From the IMG/VR virus record IMGVR_UViG_3300049995_000120, positions 1-64,000 of that record: 64,000 nucleotides of DNA; one strand, written 5' to 3'. The stretch is from a virus. Under the pieces are notes generated by a model. The model searched no databases. It was not told where the DNA came from and worked only from the letters and a program-made list of their open reading frames with translations. How positions within the stretch are numbered: position 1 is the first letter of the stretch; every line of letters begins with the position of its first letter. A program made the translations under genes and the position numbers. This document shows positions 7,955-17,532 of this stretch, in pieces.

Positions 7955-9637
7955 TTAATCTACGGCGCGCACAACCTTTACACGCGCCACGGGCATGAAG
8001 GTCAAACATAAAGCGTCAGCCCGATCGGGAGAGCGCAAGAGTCGCTTGCGCAACGTATCTTTATCGGTGACTATCAGTTTAGAATTTGTTGGCTTTATAT
8101 GGTATGTTGGCGCTTTTAATTCTTCCACTAATAGATTGTCTGGCGGCAACATGGCACCGGGATCGTTTTTCAACCATTCCCTCACCGCCCACCACAGTTG
8201 ATCACGGACGTACTGGAAGTCACCGTATTCAGTTTTGGTGCCGGGGGTTGGGCTTTCAGATGCTTTAACGCCAACCGCGCGTATACTTAATTGTAATGCG
8301 CGCCCCTTTCGCACCATACTGGGTGCGACGCTGGCCCCGATGGCGGTCGCATCAATAATTGCCAACTCAGGCCCGTATTGCTGATAAATCTCTACAGCGC
8401 GGGAGGACGTTACATCCACGTCTACCCCTGTCCAATATTTAAAAGGCGCTACCCATCCACCGTAACGCAGACAACAGACATTCGCGTCCGTGCCAAATTC
8501 AGCTATATCCTGTCCCATGCGCGGTCTGACACCTGAAGGAGGAACTTCGCCATACTTCGCCACATATAAATCCCACCTAGCGCGCGCCGCACTGATCCAT
8601 GTTTCCTGAATCAGTTGTGTTTCGCCCTCGTAAGGATATTCTCCCATGACTTTATAGCAAAAGGCCGGGTCAATGATCTTTCGTTTTCCTGCAGGGAGTG
8701 GAGAATAGGGAGTACCATCTGGCGCGTGAGCCAATGCGCCTATCAGGAAATTGGGAACATCAAACGTGTCATTTTCGTGGTAGGCCTCGCCCTCCATGAG
8801 AGGACGGGTCCAGGTATTGATACGCTGGACCGTGATCTCGCGCGAAACCGCACCTGGAATCCTGTTTTCTCCAGTAACGACATTGGGATGGGATAAGGCA
8901 GAAAGGGTAATCACCCTGGCCTGATGGTCTCTAATTTTCCGGTAAACGCTCCCTACCTGAGCGCGCGGGTTGAACATTATCAACATCCGGGCATGATCGG
9001 ATGACATACAGGAGTCTGCGCCAGTATAAACCTCGTCAGGAATGGCGTCCCCTTCATCAAATATGAACAAGAGATGTGGGGCGTGCTTACCGGAGAATTT
9101 AGCTTCACGCTGTTCCAGCGTTCCCTGTGTAGGAATAGCCAGACCCCAGATCCACCACTTCTTTTCCTTTTGACCTATGAAACGGCGCTTTACGGTCCAG
9201 TTAGAAAAGAGATTCTTTTTTTTACCCACGAAGTTGTGGATCTCGCCTAACAATAACTGATCCAGGTTTTCAATGGGCGGGGCTGCCGCCAGATAGGTTT
9301 TAGAAAAGGGGAAAGCGTTCAGCCACCACAAAGATACACAAGCTCCCGTGTGGGTTTTCCCTACCGCGTTGGAGGATTTCACGACGGTTACGGGATTATC
9401 ACGCACCGAGTACATGATTTTCTGGCAGTCTTCAGTAGGCTCAACGCTCAAGACTTCCCGACAAAATCCGACTGGATCAGTCTGGTATTTGACGAAGCGT
9501 GCCAGAGCCTTGAAGGACTTGATGCGTTGGATCGCCTCTGCCATCGCTTCCTGGGCCATCAAACCCACGAAAGGGTAAGAGTCCTGGATGGGGAAATCAG
9601 ACGTTATTTTCTGTGAATTCGTCGCTAGAGTCATCAT
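7955..9637 (-). CDS. terL: terminase large subunit
   Basis: Walker A SNAVGKT, Walker B LFIFDEG, nuclease motifs GQDIAEFGTD and SPDRADA; start moved to the ATG with a GAGGA SD. Confidence 0.9.
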   Translation of the reverse strand: MMTLATNSQKITSDFPIQDSYPFVGLMAQEAMAEAIQRIKSFKALARFVKYQTDPVGFCREVLSVEPTEDCQKIMYSVRDNPVTVVKSSNAVGKTHTGACVSLWWLNAFPFSKTYLAAAPPIENLDQLLLGEIHNFVGKKKNLFSNWTVKRRFIGQKEKKWWIWGLAIPTQGTLEQREAKFSGKHAPHLLFIFDEGDAIPDEVYTGADSCMSSDHARMLIMFNPRAQVGSVYRKIRDHQARVITLSALSHPNVVTGENRIPGAVSREITVQRINTWTRPLMEGEAYHENDTFDVPNFLIGALAHAPDGTPYSPLPAGKRKIIDPAFCYKVMGEYPYEGETQLIQETWISAARARWDLYVAKYGEVPPSGVRPRMGQDIAEFGTDANVCCLRYGGWVAPFKYWTGVDVDVTSSRAVEIYQQYGPELAIIDATAIGASVAPSMVRKGRALQLSIRAVGVKASESPTPGTKTEYGDFQYVRDQLWWAVREWLKNDPGAMLPPDNLLVEELKAPTYHIKPTNSKLIVTDKDTLRKRLLRSPDRADALCLTFMPVARVKVVRAVD

Positions 9638-10355
9638 AGTCCTCGAATTCTCCTTCCAGAACGCCGTCAGGTATAGGCACGGTATTATCGGCAAGATATT
9701 TGTCGCGTAGGGCTTTCGTGGTAACAGAGACCATGTGCTTGTATAGAGCGTCAGCATCCTCGACTTTGATACCGAACTTGGTGGCCTCTTCCTTCCAAGT
9801 TACGGACAAACGCAGGGGTTCATGCAGACCCAGGATTTTACAGCGCTGCTCGATACACCATTTGATGGCATCCAGATAGCGAGGATCTCCAAAGCGGTCT
9901 TTGGTGGCCTCGGTGTCGCGCTTGCGCAGATAGGCAGGACGCTTTTTCTCCGGGTCTTCCGCTTCCCCGTATTTATGCCCCCATCGATCTTCAATATCCT
10001 CGATGACTTTCGTGGTCTGTTTTCCCCATGATTTATTCCAGGCATCCCAGGCTGCCGCTTCCAGTTCATCGATGTGGGCAATCTCGCGTGCTTTTGCCTC
10101 GTCATATTGGATGAGGGCTGATTTTACCCACATCTCCCGTAAATCACGCAGGTCTTTCTGGATCTGCCCTGCAGATAATCCTGCATAACCGAACCGCTTC
10201 ACCAATTCTTCTGCTATCTCACCGGGTTTCATCCCGCGCAGATAGAGAGAGGAAATAACTTCCAAGTCGCGCACCTTCTCTCCCTCTGTGCGTTTAGCGC
10301 GTGGGTCGAGGGGTAGTTGACGTTCAACGTCCAGTAAAGCAGTTTCAGGATTCAC
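9597..10355 (-). CDS. terS: terminase small subunit (probable)
   Basis: N-terminal HTH (LYLRGMKPGEIAEEL...QIQKDL), helical body, overlaps the TerL start. Confidence 0.7.
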   Translation of the reverse strand: MNPETALLDVERQLPLDPRAKRTEGEKVRDLEVISSLYLRGMKPGEIAEELVKRFGYAGLSAGQIQKDLRDLREMWVKSALIQYDEAKAREIAHIDELEAAAWDAWNKSWGKQTTKVIEDIEDRWGHKYGEAEDPEKKRPAYLRKRDTEATKDRFGDPRYLDAIKWCIEQRCKILGLHEPLRLSVTWKEEATKFGIKVEDADALYKHMVSVTTKALRDKYLADNTVPIPDGVLEGEFEDYDDSSDEFTENNV

Positions 10356-10368
10356 TCTGGTTTCCTGT

Positions 10369-10788
10369 TTATAAAACGAGGTCTAGCGGGAAGGTCACGT
10401 GCAGCACGTTGGTCACGTAATCGTTCAACCGGCTGGTCTCCAGCACAGCGCTGTCGTTGGCATCCATGTATGCCTGTAGAGTGCCTATATCCCATAGCGT
10501 CGGCGGGATATTGTAAGTGCCTGTTCCCAAGGCAGCCGCCAGCAAGTTCTTTATGGCGGTGTTCTTCGCTGTCCTTTGAGGTTGAGTACTGTCCGGCATG
10601 TCATTGCATATCTTCAGGTCAATGGACGAGACAGGTGCAGTTTTGTGATATCCCGGTACTTCTGAAAAGGGATCGCCTGAACCTGTAATACGCGCCACCG
10701 CAAACACATCAAACATCACCATTCCAGACCCGTTGATTGCCGCTTGTGGTGCGGATTGTATTCGATACTTGAAATCATATTGACTCAT
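10369..10788 (-). CDS. hypothetical protein, possibly virion-associated
   Basis: AGGAG SD; co-oriented between the LamG protein and TerS. Confidence 0.6.
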   Translation of the reverse strand: MSQYDFKYRIQSAPQAAINGSGMVMFDVFAVARITGSGDPFSEVPGYHKTAPVSSIDLKICNDMPDSTQPQRTAKNTAIKNLLAAALGTGTYNIPPTLWDIGTLQAYMDANDSAVLETSRLNDYVTNVLHVTFPLDLVL

Positions 10789-10800
10789 AATTCACACTCC

Positions 10801-13800
10801 TTATGGTGCGGTCAGCACCAGATCTCCCTGCTGCGTTCCGGCTTGCAATGATCCACCGTAGAATGTAGCGGGAATGGTTATAAATCCAGTTGCGGCTGCA
10901 ATAGTGACGCGCACCACGCCGTCGATCATAAGAACCATCTGCGCCGCAGTGTAGATAATCTCAACCAAGTAGGACGTGCCGACCGCAATAACTCCGCCGG
11001 TCACCCATGTGCCTGTGTTCACTGCCCCACCTGCTGCACGGAAGGTAAGGCGCAACGTATTCGCCGCCGACCAGTCAATGTAAATATAGTTGTTGGCATC
11101 ACCCCACCACTCGCAGACGGTGGGCGTGGCGTTGCCGAACTTCAGCACGTCCGCATCGTCGTGCCGCAAGATGCCGCGCACGCGTGACCAGCCAAATATT
11201 GCAAACATGCGGTTTGCTGGAATCGGTTGCGTACAAGTATCCCATCCATCCACGCGCAACCCTCCGCTCTCCACGCTGTTAGCGGCAGAGGTGGGAGTGC
11301 AGGTGAGAGTAACGTCGTCCATCAGGATCACGTAAGCGTCGTCAATGTAACGGTTCTGGACAGCCAAACCCCAGGTTATCATCTTCATTTCCCCGGCAAC
11401 AAGGATCGCTCTAAACACTCTGGAATACAATTTCCAGTCTGTTGAGTTACTATCAGGGAAATAATATATAGATTGGGATGCTTGAATTAATCCAGAGAGA
11501 CCTAAATCATATAGGTCATTCAAGGCATCAAGAACCGCACGTTTGGCCCATACACCATAAGTATAAAACTTACCTACTACTAATGCAGGAAATATTCTTA
11601 TGCCGTGACCATTACACCCGGCATTGAGTTGAAGACTTGCCAATCCCCCTCCATGAACTACAGCGCCCTGGCTAGAGTCTCCCGCTACTAAACTGACGGT
11701 CGCCCACCCACTCGGTATCCACGGGTTAGCCACCGGCCCGACATCAAATGAAGGATTATCCAGCAGATTAGCATACAACTCGATCTGCTGCCAGCCAACC
11801 ACGCCAGTACCCGCCGTATTGATCGGTATAATGCTGATGCTTACGCAATCTGCCACCGAACCATAACGGGCGATAGTAGGAAGTTCAAACGAACACATCA
11901 GCAAGTCAGGTGCACGTTCAGTAGATGCAACCGTACCTGTTATCGTTGCGATAACTGCCGCGTTCGTTTCATCGTATACGATCAATTCTGGTTGCCCCAC
12001 ACCCTCCTCAGAATAAGCCAACGCACGAAGGACATAATTAGCACCTGCCGTCAGCCCTACCCAAGTCTGTTTGAATCCTTCGTCAACCGCATCGTTGCCG
12101 AACACATAGCCCCAGGCGTACACACGCGCACCTGGACTGTCCGATTCCATCGCTGGCGACGTGTTCCAACTGTACGTGCCTGCCATAGCGCCATTGTTGG
12201 CAAAGGCAGAACTGTCGGTAAGCACCGCACCCGCGCCTTCGTTAGCCAGCCATAAACCGACTGTGTTACCGTCACTGGCGGGAGGATTGGAGCGGGGGAT
12301 AGGTGGAGCAGCAATAGCACGTAGAACATTTGACCACCTTACCCACCCGTGAGCACCAGAAACACCAAAAGCATCACGACTAATAATACCAGTAATTCCT
12401 ATGTCAGATATTATCAGTCCCACCCCTGCCGCTGAGGTAACTACTAGTACATCATCTATATAAATACGAATCTTCCTATCTCCTCCATCGTCAAAGGTCA
12501 TTTTATACAAATGCCAATTTCCATCTACTGTTCCTCCTGTCACTTCCGCATAAGTAGTTGCACAGGTTACAAATCCATATAATTGTCCTGCTGCTGTTAC
12601 GAATAATCCCCACCCATTAGTATAGTACGCACCTTTGTAGAAAAGCGTTTGTTGTACACCGTTTTTTGGGATACGAAACCACCCTTCAGCCGTCATTGCC
12701 CCGTCATGCAAGTTCTGGATGCTGGCCGCGTCCGTGACAACTGCCCGATACGTTGTTGACCCTATCACGCTGTACGGTATTATCGGCGTCCCTTGCGCGT
12801 AAAACTGTGGCTCCCACACGCCAGCCGTGATCGTGCCATCTCTCGCAGCCGTCCCTTCTGCATTATCAACAGCCGCGCCAGTTCCCTCGGTCATATTCCA
12901 CTGAGCTATCGTGTTAGCATCAGGTAAAGCAGGAGGGGTTCGTGAGGGTACAAAGTTAGCGACATAACGAACAATATTAGAAACCCGCCACCATCCCCAA
13001 GTCGATAATGGTGATGTAACCCCTACGTAAGCCTTGCCAAATATAAGATTTTCGGCTGCATCAGAAATTATCGCTCCAACACCTGCAACCTGAGGAGCAC
13101 CGTAAGTTATTTCTTTACCATCCACCCATATTCTTATAAGACGAGTCCCGGCATCATCAAAAGTAAAAGCGAAATTGTGCCATGTGCCAGGCCCCCAGTT
13201 TGTGAATCCCCAACTATACGCAGGTGTAGTAGCACAATAGACATATACATTTACACCTTCATTATTAGCACCCGAAAACACAACCTGCCATCCTGTTGCA
13301 CCTGTTGTCTTTGCTACGATTCGCCCACTATCGCCGCTTGATGGAGTTAGAATATATCCCTCAATGGTAAAAGCATTATCGGCAAGATTGTCTAAACCCG
13401 CATCGCTTCCACAATTCAATGTAAATTGACTGGTAGATGCTTTCACCCCCCACTGCCCGCCGCCGTAGTACCTGTCATTCAGCCAACCACGCGTGAGCAG
13501 GTTCGAGCCATGAGGATGCGACCACGCCTCACCCGTGCCCGTCACCAATGCGCCAGGAGTGGCATTGGTGGGCAAGCAGAAGCAGACATCCCATGATCCC
13601 GTCACCGTGCAGGGGTCAACGCCAGCCGCGATAAGGGCGACCTCATCGCCGTTGCCCACGTTGACGCCGTATGCGCCATCGTAGAGTACGCGGCGGTAGA
13701 CGGTGAGACCTTCAATAATTGCAGATACAGCCATACCTCCTCCCAAAAATGCGATAGTATTGGAAATTGTGGATGGAGGTGTAGTTTGTCCAAATGTATG

Positions 13801-14328
13801 GACATCATTAATACTAATTCTAATATAGTTTGTTCCGTCCAGTGTATTCTTAGAATCCCACGAGACGCAAACATTATAGGTGGTTCCAGCAACCCAACCA
13901 GAAATATCAATTTGCGGCGTATACCACGCAATAAAAGACTTTCCCATCGCTAAAGCATTAGTTGTTCTCTTGGATACAACTATTCCATTTGATCCCCACT
14001 CTATAATGTCGTGCTGTAAATTGTCGTTTCCGTTCCATTCGGGAGTAATTCGGAATGTTAAACTTCCTTGATTGTCGTCAATATTGGCGTAAAACAGACT
14101 TCCTGCAATCAACGAACCGCGAGACAAATTGAGTATATCTGGCGTCCCCGTCCCGTCCCTCCGCCCCTGCACAATCGGGGCAGCCGCAAAGACGGTGGTG
14201 GCGCGCTTCGCCATGCCGGGAGTCAGCGTGGCAAGAAGGGGATCAAAGTCCCAGGGTGCATTGCCTAGCGGGGCAGCCGCCATCGCCGGCGAGATTAAGC
14301 CAATACCTTTATAACCAGCGCCTCTCAT
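10801..14328 (-). CDS. large multi-LamG / carbohydrate-binding virion protein
   Basis: Repeated LamG-like modules (FTIEG..GTWHNFAFTFDD..IWVDG; MTAEGWF..NWHLYKMTFDD..IYIDD) and CBM-like NLLDNPSF. Confidence 0.7.
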   Translation of the reverse strand: MRGAGYKGIGLISPAMAAAPLGNAPWDFDPLLATLTPGMAKRATTVFAAAPIVQGRRDGTGTPDILNLSRGSLIAGSLFYANIDDNQGSLTFRITPEWNGNDNLQHDIIEWGSNGIVVSKRTTNALAMGKSFIAWYTPQIDISGWVAGTTYNVCVSWDSKNTLDGTNYIRISINDVHTFGQTTPPSTISNTIAFLGGGMAVSAIIEGLTVYRRVLYDGAYGVNVGNGDEVALIAAGVDPCTVTGSWDVCFCLPTNATPGALVTGTGEAWSHPHGSNLLTRGWLNDRYYGGGQWGVKASTSQFTLNCGSDAGLDNLADNAFTIEGYILTPSSGDSGRIVAKTTGATGWQVVFSGANNEGVNVYVYCATTPAYSWGFTNWGPGTWHNFAFTFDDAGTRLIRIWVDGKEITYGAPQVAGVGAIISDAAENLIFGKAYVGVTSPLSTWGWWRVSNIVRYVANFVPSRTPPALPDANTIAQWNMTEGTGAAVDNAEGTAARDGTITAGVWEPQFYAQGTPIIPYSVIGSTTYRAVVTDAASIQNLHDGAMTAEGWFRIPKNGVQQTLFYKGAYYTNGWGLFVTAAGQLYGFVTCATTYAEVTGGTVDGNWHLYKMTFDDGGDRKIRIYIDDVLVVTSAAGVGLIISDIGITGIISRDAFGVSGAHGWVRWSNVLRAIAAPPIPRSNPPASDGNTVGLWLANEGAGAVLTDSSAFANNGAMAGTYSWNTSPAMESDSPGARVYAWGYVFGNDAVDEGFKQTWVGLTAGANYVLRALAYSEEGVGQPELIVYDETNAAVIATITGTVASTERAPDLLMCSFELPTIARYGSVADCVSISIIPINTAGTGVVGWQQIELYANLLDNPSFDVGPVANPWIPSGWATVSLVAGDSSQGAVVHGGGLASLQLNAGCNGHGIRIFPALVVGKFYTYGVWAKRAVLDALNDLYDLGLSGLIQASQSIYYFPDSNSTDWKLYSRVFRAILVAGEMKMITWGLAVQNRYIDDAYVILMDDVTLTCTPTSAANSVESGGLRVDGWDTCTQPIPANRMFAIFGWSRVRGILRHDDADVLKFGNATPTVCEWWGDANNYIYIDWSAANTLRLTFRAAGGAVNTGTWVTGGVIAVGTSYLVEIIYTAAQMVLMIDGVVRVTIAAATGFITIPATFYGGSLQAGTQQGDLVLTAP

Positions 14329-14337
14329 AGCGCCTCC

Positions 14338-14862
14338 TTATACTATTGGGCGATAGGCGTATTGAACACGGACAGCCAGAGTATCGCCGCCGACAGAGAT
14401 GTTCTTGTTGTCGTATATCTGTAATTGCTGACTTGGACCCAAGATGGTAGTAACGGGGATGGGCGTGGAGAGATAATCGGTATCGCGGAATCCAAGGAGA
14501 TCGGCTACGCCTGGTGCGAAGAGATAGGAACGAACTAAACTGGCGGCCTGGACAACCGAGGCACGTCCAAGAGACCCAGATAAATTGCCAAGGTGGTCAT
14601 AGGTGCGTACTGCCATCTGGCGATTGCCGACCCCTACGCCAGTGGTTAGTGTTGCGAAGATCCACAGGATCTGGTATTCAAAACCAGCCGGTACAACGAG
14701 GCGTCTGTCGTTTCCAAAGCCGGCGGGTGCAGTCCAAGGAACGGCAACTTTCCAGCCTTCGCTGACGATTAATGGATTGGAAGTATTGATAATATTTCCA
14801 TTTGAATCCATCAGAACAACTTTATAGGCGGGACCGCCTGTGATAGGGCAACCTGGTGGCAT
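14338..14862 (-). CDS. hypothetical beta-rich protein, probably virion-associated
   Basis: GGAGG SD; co-oriented with the LamG gene. Confidence 0.6.
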   Translation of the reverse strand: MPPGCPITGGPAYKVVLMDSNGNIINTSNPLIVSEGWKVAVPWTAPAGFGNDRRLVVPAGFEYQILWIFATLTTGVGVGNRQMAVRTYDHLGNLSGSLGRASVVQAASLVRSYLFAPGVADLLGFRDTDYLSTPIPVTTILGPSQQLQIYDNKNISVGGDTLAVRVQYAYRPIV

Positions 14863-14871
14863 AAGAACCTC

Positions 14872-15570
14872 CTAAACTAACTTTTCTTCGGGCCAGCAAA
14901 GCCATTGCCCTGGACAGGGATCAATGACCTTGTGGCAGTAATGATTTTTGACCAACAATTCATCTACTTCATAGAAAGTATGATTACGCCAAGCGAGGGC
15001 GTAATTAACTTCGGCAATCAGGTATGGGCGATATTTTGCAAGAACCTGTTGAGCGCCCTGGAGAACATCCAGATCCCATCCGTCCACATCGCATTTAATG
15101 AAATCCAGACGAGAAACCATGTTGTGCGTGATGCAGAAATCATCCAGAGTCGTCATGTCAAACAGAGCCGTGGTTTTGCCCAGAGTGGGTGTGCCATCAG
15201 TAAGCCAGAGTGTTTCGGCCACATTATGGCCGGTACGGTTTCCGACGGCACTCGTAACCAAGCGGATATTGGAAAAGTCGCAACCCCACCGACCTTTATT
15301 GTAGGCAAGATTGGCTGCAAACATACGCCTTGTTTCAATACAAGGCTCAAACGCAAATACTTTTCCATTGGGAGTCAAGTAACTGAGCAACATGGTGTAA
15401 GAACCAATGTGCGCTCCCAGATCAAATACGGTCCAATCTGGTTGAACATGGTCAATAACCCACTCGTGGGTTTCTGTTTCTGATTCCGCGTACCAATTGC
15501 GCAGATCGTTGTAACCCGCAACGAAGTCATAACTAATCGCGTTTTTGTACGTCCGGGTGACTTTTTCCAT
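14872..15570 (-). CDS. FkbM-family SAM-dependent methyltransferase
   Basis: VFDLGAHIG, FAFEP, TTLDDF, FIKCDVDG motifs. Confidence 0.9.
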   Translation of the reverse strand: MEKVTRTYKNAISYDFVAGYNDLRNWYAESETETHEWVIDHVQPDWTVFDLGAHIGSYTMLLSYLTPNGKVFAFEPCIETRRMFAANLAYNKGRWGCDFSNIRLVTSAVGNRTGHNVAETLWLTDGTPTLGKTTALFDMTTLDDFCITHNMVSRLDFIKCDVDGWDLDVLQGAQQVLAKYRPYLIAEVNYALAWRNHTFYEVDELLVKNHYCHKVIDPCPGQWLCWPEEKLV

Positions 15571-15648
15571 ACCTCTATCCTGATCCTATTATACCACATT
15601 CGTTGCAGGGAAGTAGTTTCCTGCAATTTATCTTGCAGACAGTAGGAA

Positions 15649-15686
15649 CAAAAATACCCTAAGTTTTAGAACTTAGGGTATTTTTG
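15649..15686. terminator. perfect 17-bp inverted repeat, bidirectional terminator or operator
   Basis: CAAAAATACCCTAAGTT-ttag-AACTTAGGGTATTTTTG. Confidence 0.65.
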
Positions 15687-15701
15687 TGGTATAATGAATT
15701 A

Positions 15702-15763
15702 GTAGGTCGAGGAAGCCTCTATAGTCGCGAAGTGTCTACAAGCTCAAATGTCCTCGACTTTTT
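15702..15763 (+). ncRNA. candidate small RNA
   Basis: TGgTATAAT at 15687-15695; GTCGAGGA/TCCTCGAC stem with 37-nt loop and TTTTT. Confidence 0.35.
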
Positions 15764-16205
15764 CGTCTGGAACGAAACAACCGCAAGGGGCGATATGACC
15801 TACCTGTATTTCTATTGGGCAATGGCTGTTCTCTATAAGCTGGCGAATTCGTTCTCTGTCATTTGGACCAGAACTACACCAATAATCAAAACCATCTTTT
15901 CTCCCCCAAGTATAATGGATTATTTCCTGATCGGTTTGTGGTTGAATGATGACTAACTCGTCTGGTTCCATGTCATCTAAAAGAATTACGGTCATATCAC
16001 TATGCAACCCATAATCAACACCGCTGTGGGAAATCTCCATACGATGCGGATCGAATTTCTCTATGTACAAATGGACATCACGTTCTCCGTCTTTAGGAAA
16101 TTTTAAGGGGATATGTGTCCATTCGGTTTTCTTGGGTTTAAATTGGGAGAGAATCGGGGTAAACAGCGCAAGAAAACCAACTTTCAAAAATGATCTGCGG
16201 TTCAT
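15744..16205 (-). CDS. hypothetical protein with twin-arginine-like N-terminus
   Basis: GGAGG SD then MNRRSFLKVGFLALF. Confidence 0.6.
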   Translation of the reverse strand: MNRRSFLKVGFLALFTPILSQFKPKKTEWTHIPLKFPKDGERDVHLYIEKFDPHRMEISHSGVDYGLHSDMTVILLDDMEPDELVIIQPQTDQEIIHYTWGRKDGFDYWCSSGPNDRERIRQLIENSHCPIEIQVGHIAPCGCFVPDEKVEDI

Positions 16206-16510
16206 GAGGCCTCCACTATGTTCGATCTGGGTATGTTCCAATGTTTGTAGTCCGAGCAACCAGTATCCAGAATAAACCGCTCATAAGTTGGAATAACGAC
16301 AACTGCGTCCCACGAACCCATAAGTTCCTCTTGGGAATGATATGGAAAATCGGGTACATTGTATCCCCAAGCGAAAGTTTTGACACCGGCAGTTTTCACT
16401 TGATCTGCCATCCTTGCATCTGGAAAGGTCTGGTTATTAGGTTTTATTTTGAATAACAGGGATGTAAATAGGGTCGCTCCCATGACTTTCAAGAAGGATT
16501 TGCGGTTCAT
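16202..16510 (-). CDS. hypothetical protein with Tat-like N-terminus
   Basis: MNRKSFLKVMGATLF; ATGA overlap with the next gene. Confidence 0.55.
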   Translation of the reverse strand: MNRKSFLKVMGATLFTSLLFKIKPNNQTFPDARMADQVKTAGVKTFAWGYNVPDFPYHSQEELMGSWDAVVVIPTYERFILDTGCSDYKHWNIPRSNIVEAS

Positions 16511-16694
16511 TTGATATGTCGCTTTCTGTTTCTTGTAATGATGCATCGGCTGTTATAATGAGGAAAAGAGCTTGCTTTAATCCTTTTATAAAACCTTCAG
16601 CCTCTTCAATTGGCACAATGTCGGTTTTGTGTTTTTCACACCAAGCAACTTCCTGCTGGATTATAGAATCGATTTGCCAAAGCATAAGTTTCAT
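16437..16694 (-). CDS. hypothetical protein
   Basis: ATGA-coupled within the operon. Confidence 0.5.
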   Translation of the reverse strand: MKLMLWQIDSIIQQEVAWCEKHKTDIVPIEEAEGFIKGLKQALFLIITADASLQETESDISNEPQILLESHGSDPIYIPVIQNKT

Positions 16695-16915
16695 TTCTTT
16701 CTCTCTCTCTTCCCAATTTTGGTTCCTGGCGTGGGATTCTTGGCATAAGCCTTTTCTAACTGCAGAGCAAAATACTTCCCGCAGGATTTCTTGGCATGGG
16801 TTAGATGACGCTTGCGCGCGTTGTGGACCTTCTCAGAACGAATGGATGAATTGCGCCCCTTCTCGCGAGATGAGCGCATCAGAACTTTGATTTTGCCGGT
16901 CTTTTTTTGCTGCAT
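16691..16915 (-). CDS. small basic protein
   Basis: Coupled ORF, very K/R-rich. Confidence 0.5.
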   Translation of the reverse strand: MQQKKTGKIKVLMRSSREKGRNSSIRSEKVHNARKRHLTHAKKSCGKYFALQLEKAYAKNPTPGTKIGKRERKK

Positions 16916-17532
16916 CAGGAATAGACTCCTTCTAGCGCTTCCCGTAGGAGTTGGAGCGCCTGGTTGACCTTATTGAGCCGATCAGAAGACAGACAGAGTT
17001 TTTCTGCCAGACGACTGATCATCCCTATGATTGATTGAATGCTGTTTTCCGAATTTCCGATAATCTGAATGGAGGGGGTTTCGGATTCGTAAGATATAAC
17101 CACGTCTGCCGGCTGAGTGAAGTTGTCGGGGGTTGTGTCTTCGCCAGGGCGCAAAGAGTCAGCCACCATCTGGCTTACGCTCATGGGTTCTTCGTTGACA
17201 CCGCCGTAGGCTGCGCGGTCAAGCCAACCCTGCCAGTCTTGGAACTGCATGGCAAAAGCGTAATGCTCGAAGGAGAGCAAGCCAGTATATTTATCCCGCC
17301 ACTCCTTGGTATAGAAGGCCGCAGCGCGCGCCCACCGCTGGATGGTAGAGCCAGACTTTCCCACGAAAAAACCCACCGCGCTACAGGTATAGGAAAAGGA
17401 ATAGATTTCTTTGCGGTCTTGATAATTCTGGTTAGCGATATCTCCCACTCGCCACTGCATGAGATCCAAAGCGTCGCGCAGGCGCGTCAACTCTTCTTGA
17501 TGATCGATATTTATACAATCGTTGAAGGACAT
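16915..17532 (-). CDS. LmbU-like HTH regulator
   Basis: WRVGD..GKSGSTIQRWAR..LSFEHY..WLDRA..MSV pattern. Confidence 0.55.
   Translation of the reverse strand: MSFNDCINIDHQEELTRLRDALDLMQWRVGDIANQNYQDRKEIYSFSYTCSAVGFFVGKSGSTIQRWARAAAFYTKEWRDKYTGLLSFEHYAFAMQFQDWQGWLDRAAYGGVNEEPMSVSQMVADSLRPGEDTTPDNFTQPADVVISYESETPSIQIIGNSENSIQSIIGMISRLAEKLCLSSDRLNKVNQALQLLREALEGVYS

Noticed and set aside
1527-9616. Many plus-strand ORFs overlapping the head genes (and minus-strand ORFs over the tail genes)
   Set aside because: Shadow frames of long genes, with no SD and no recognisable motifs.
7955-9637. Intein or intron in TerL or DnaB
   Set aside because: Lengths are normal and no intein C/S...HN-C/S/T or LAGLIDADG motifs are present.
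10801-14328. Diversity-generating retroelement acting on the LamG or fibre genes
   Set aside because: No reverse transcriptase and no template/variable repeat pair were seen; the internal similarity is ordinary domain duplication.
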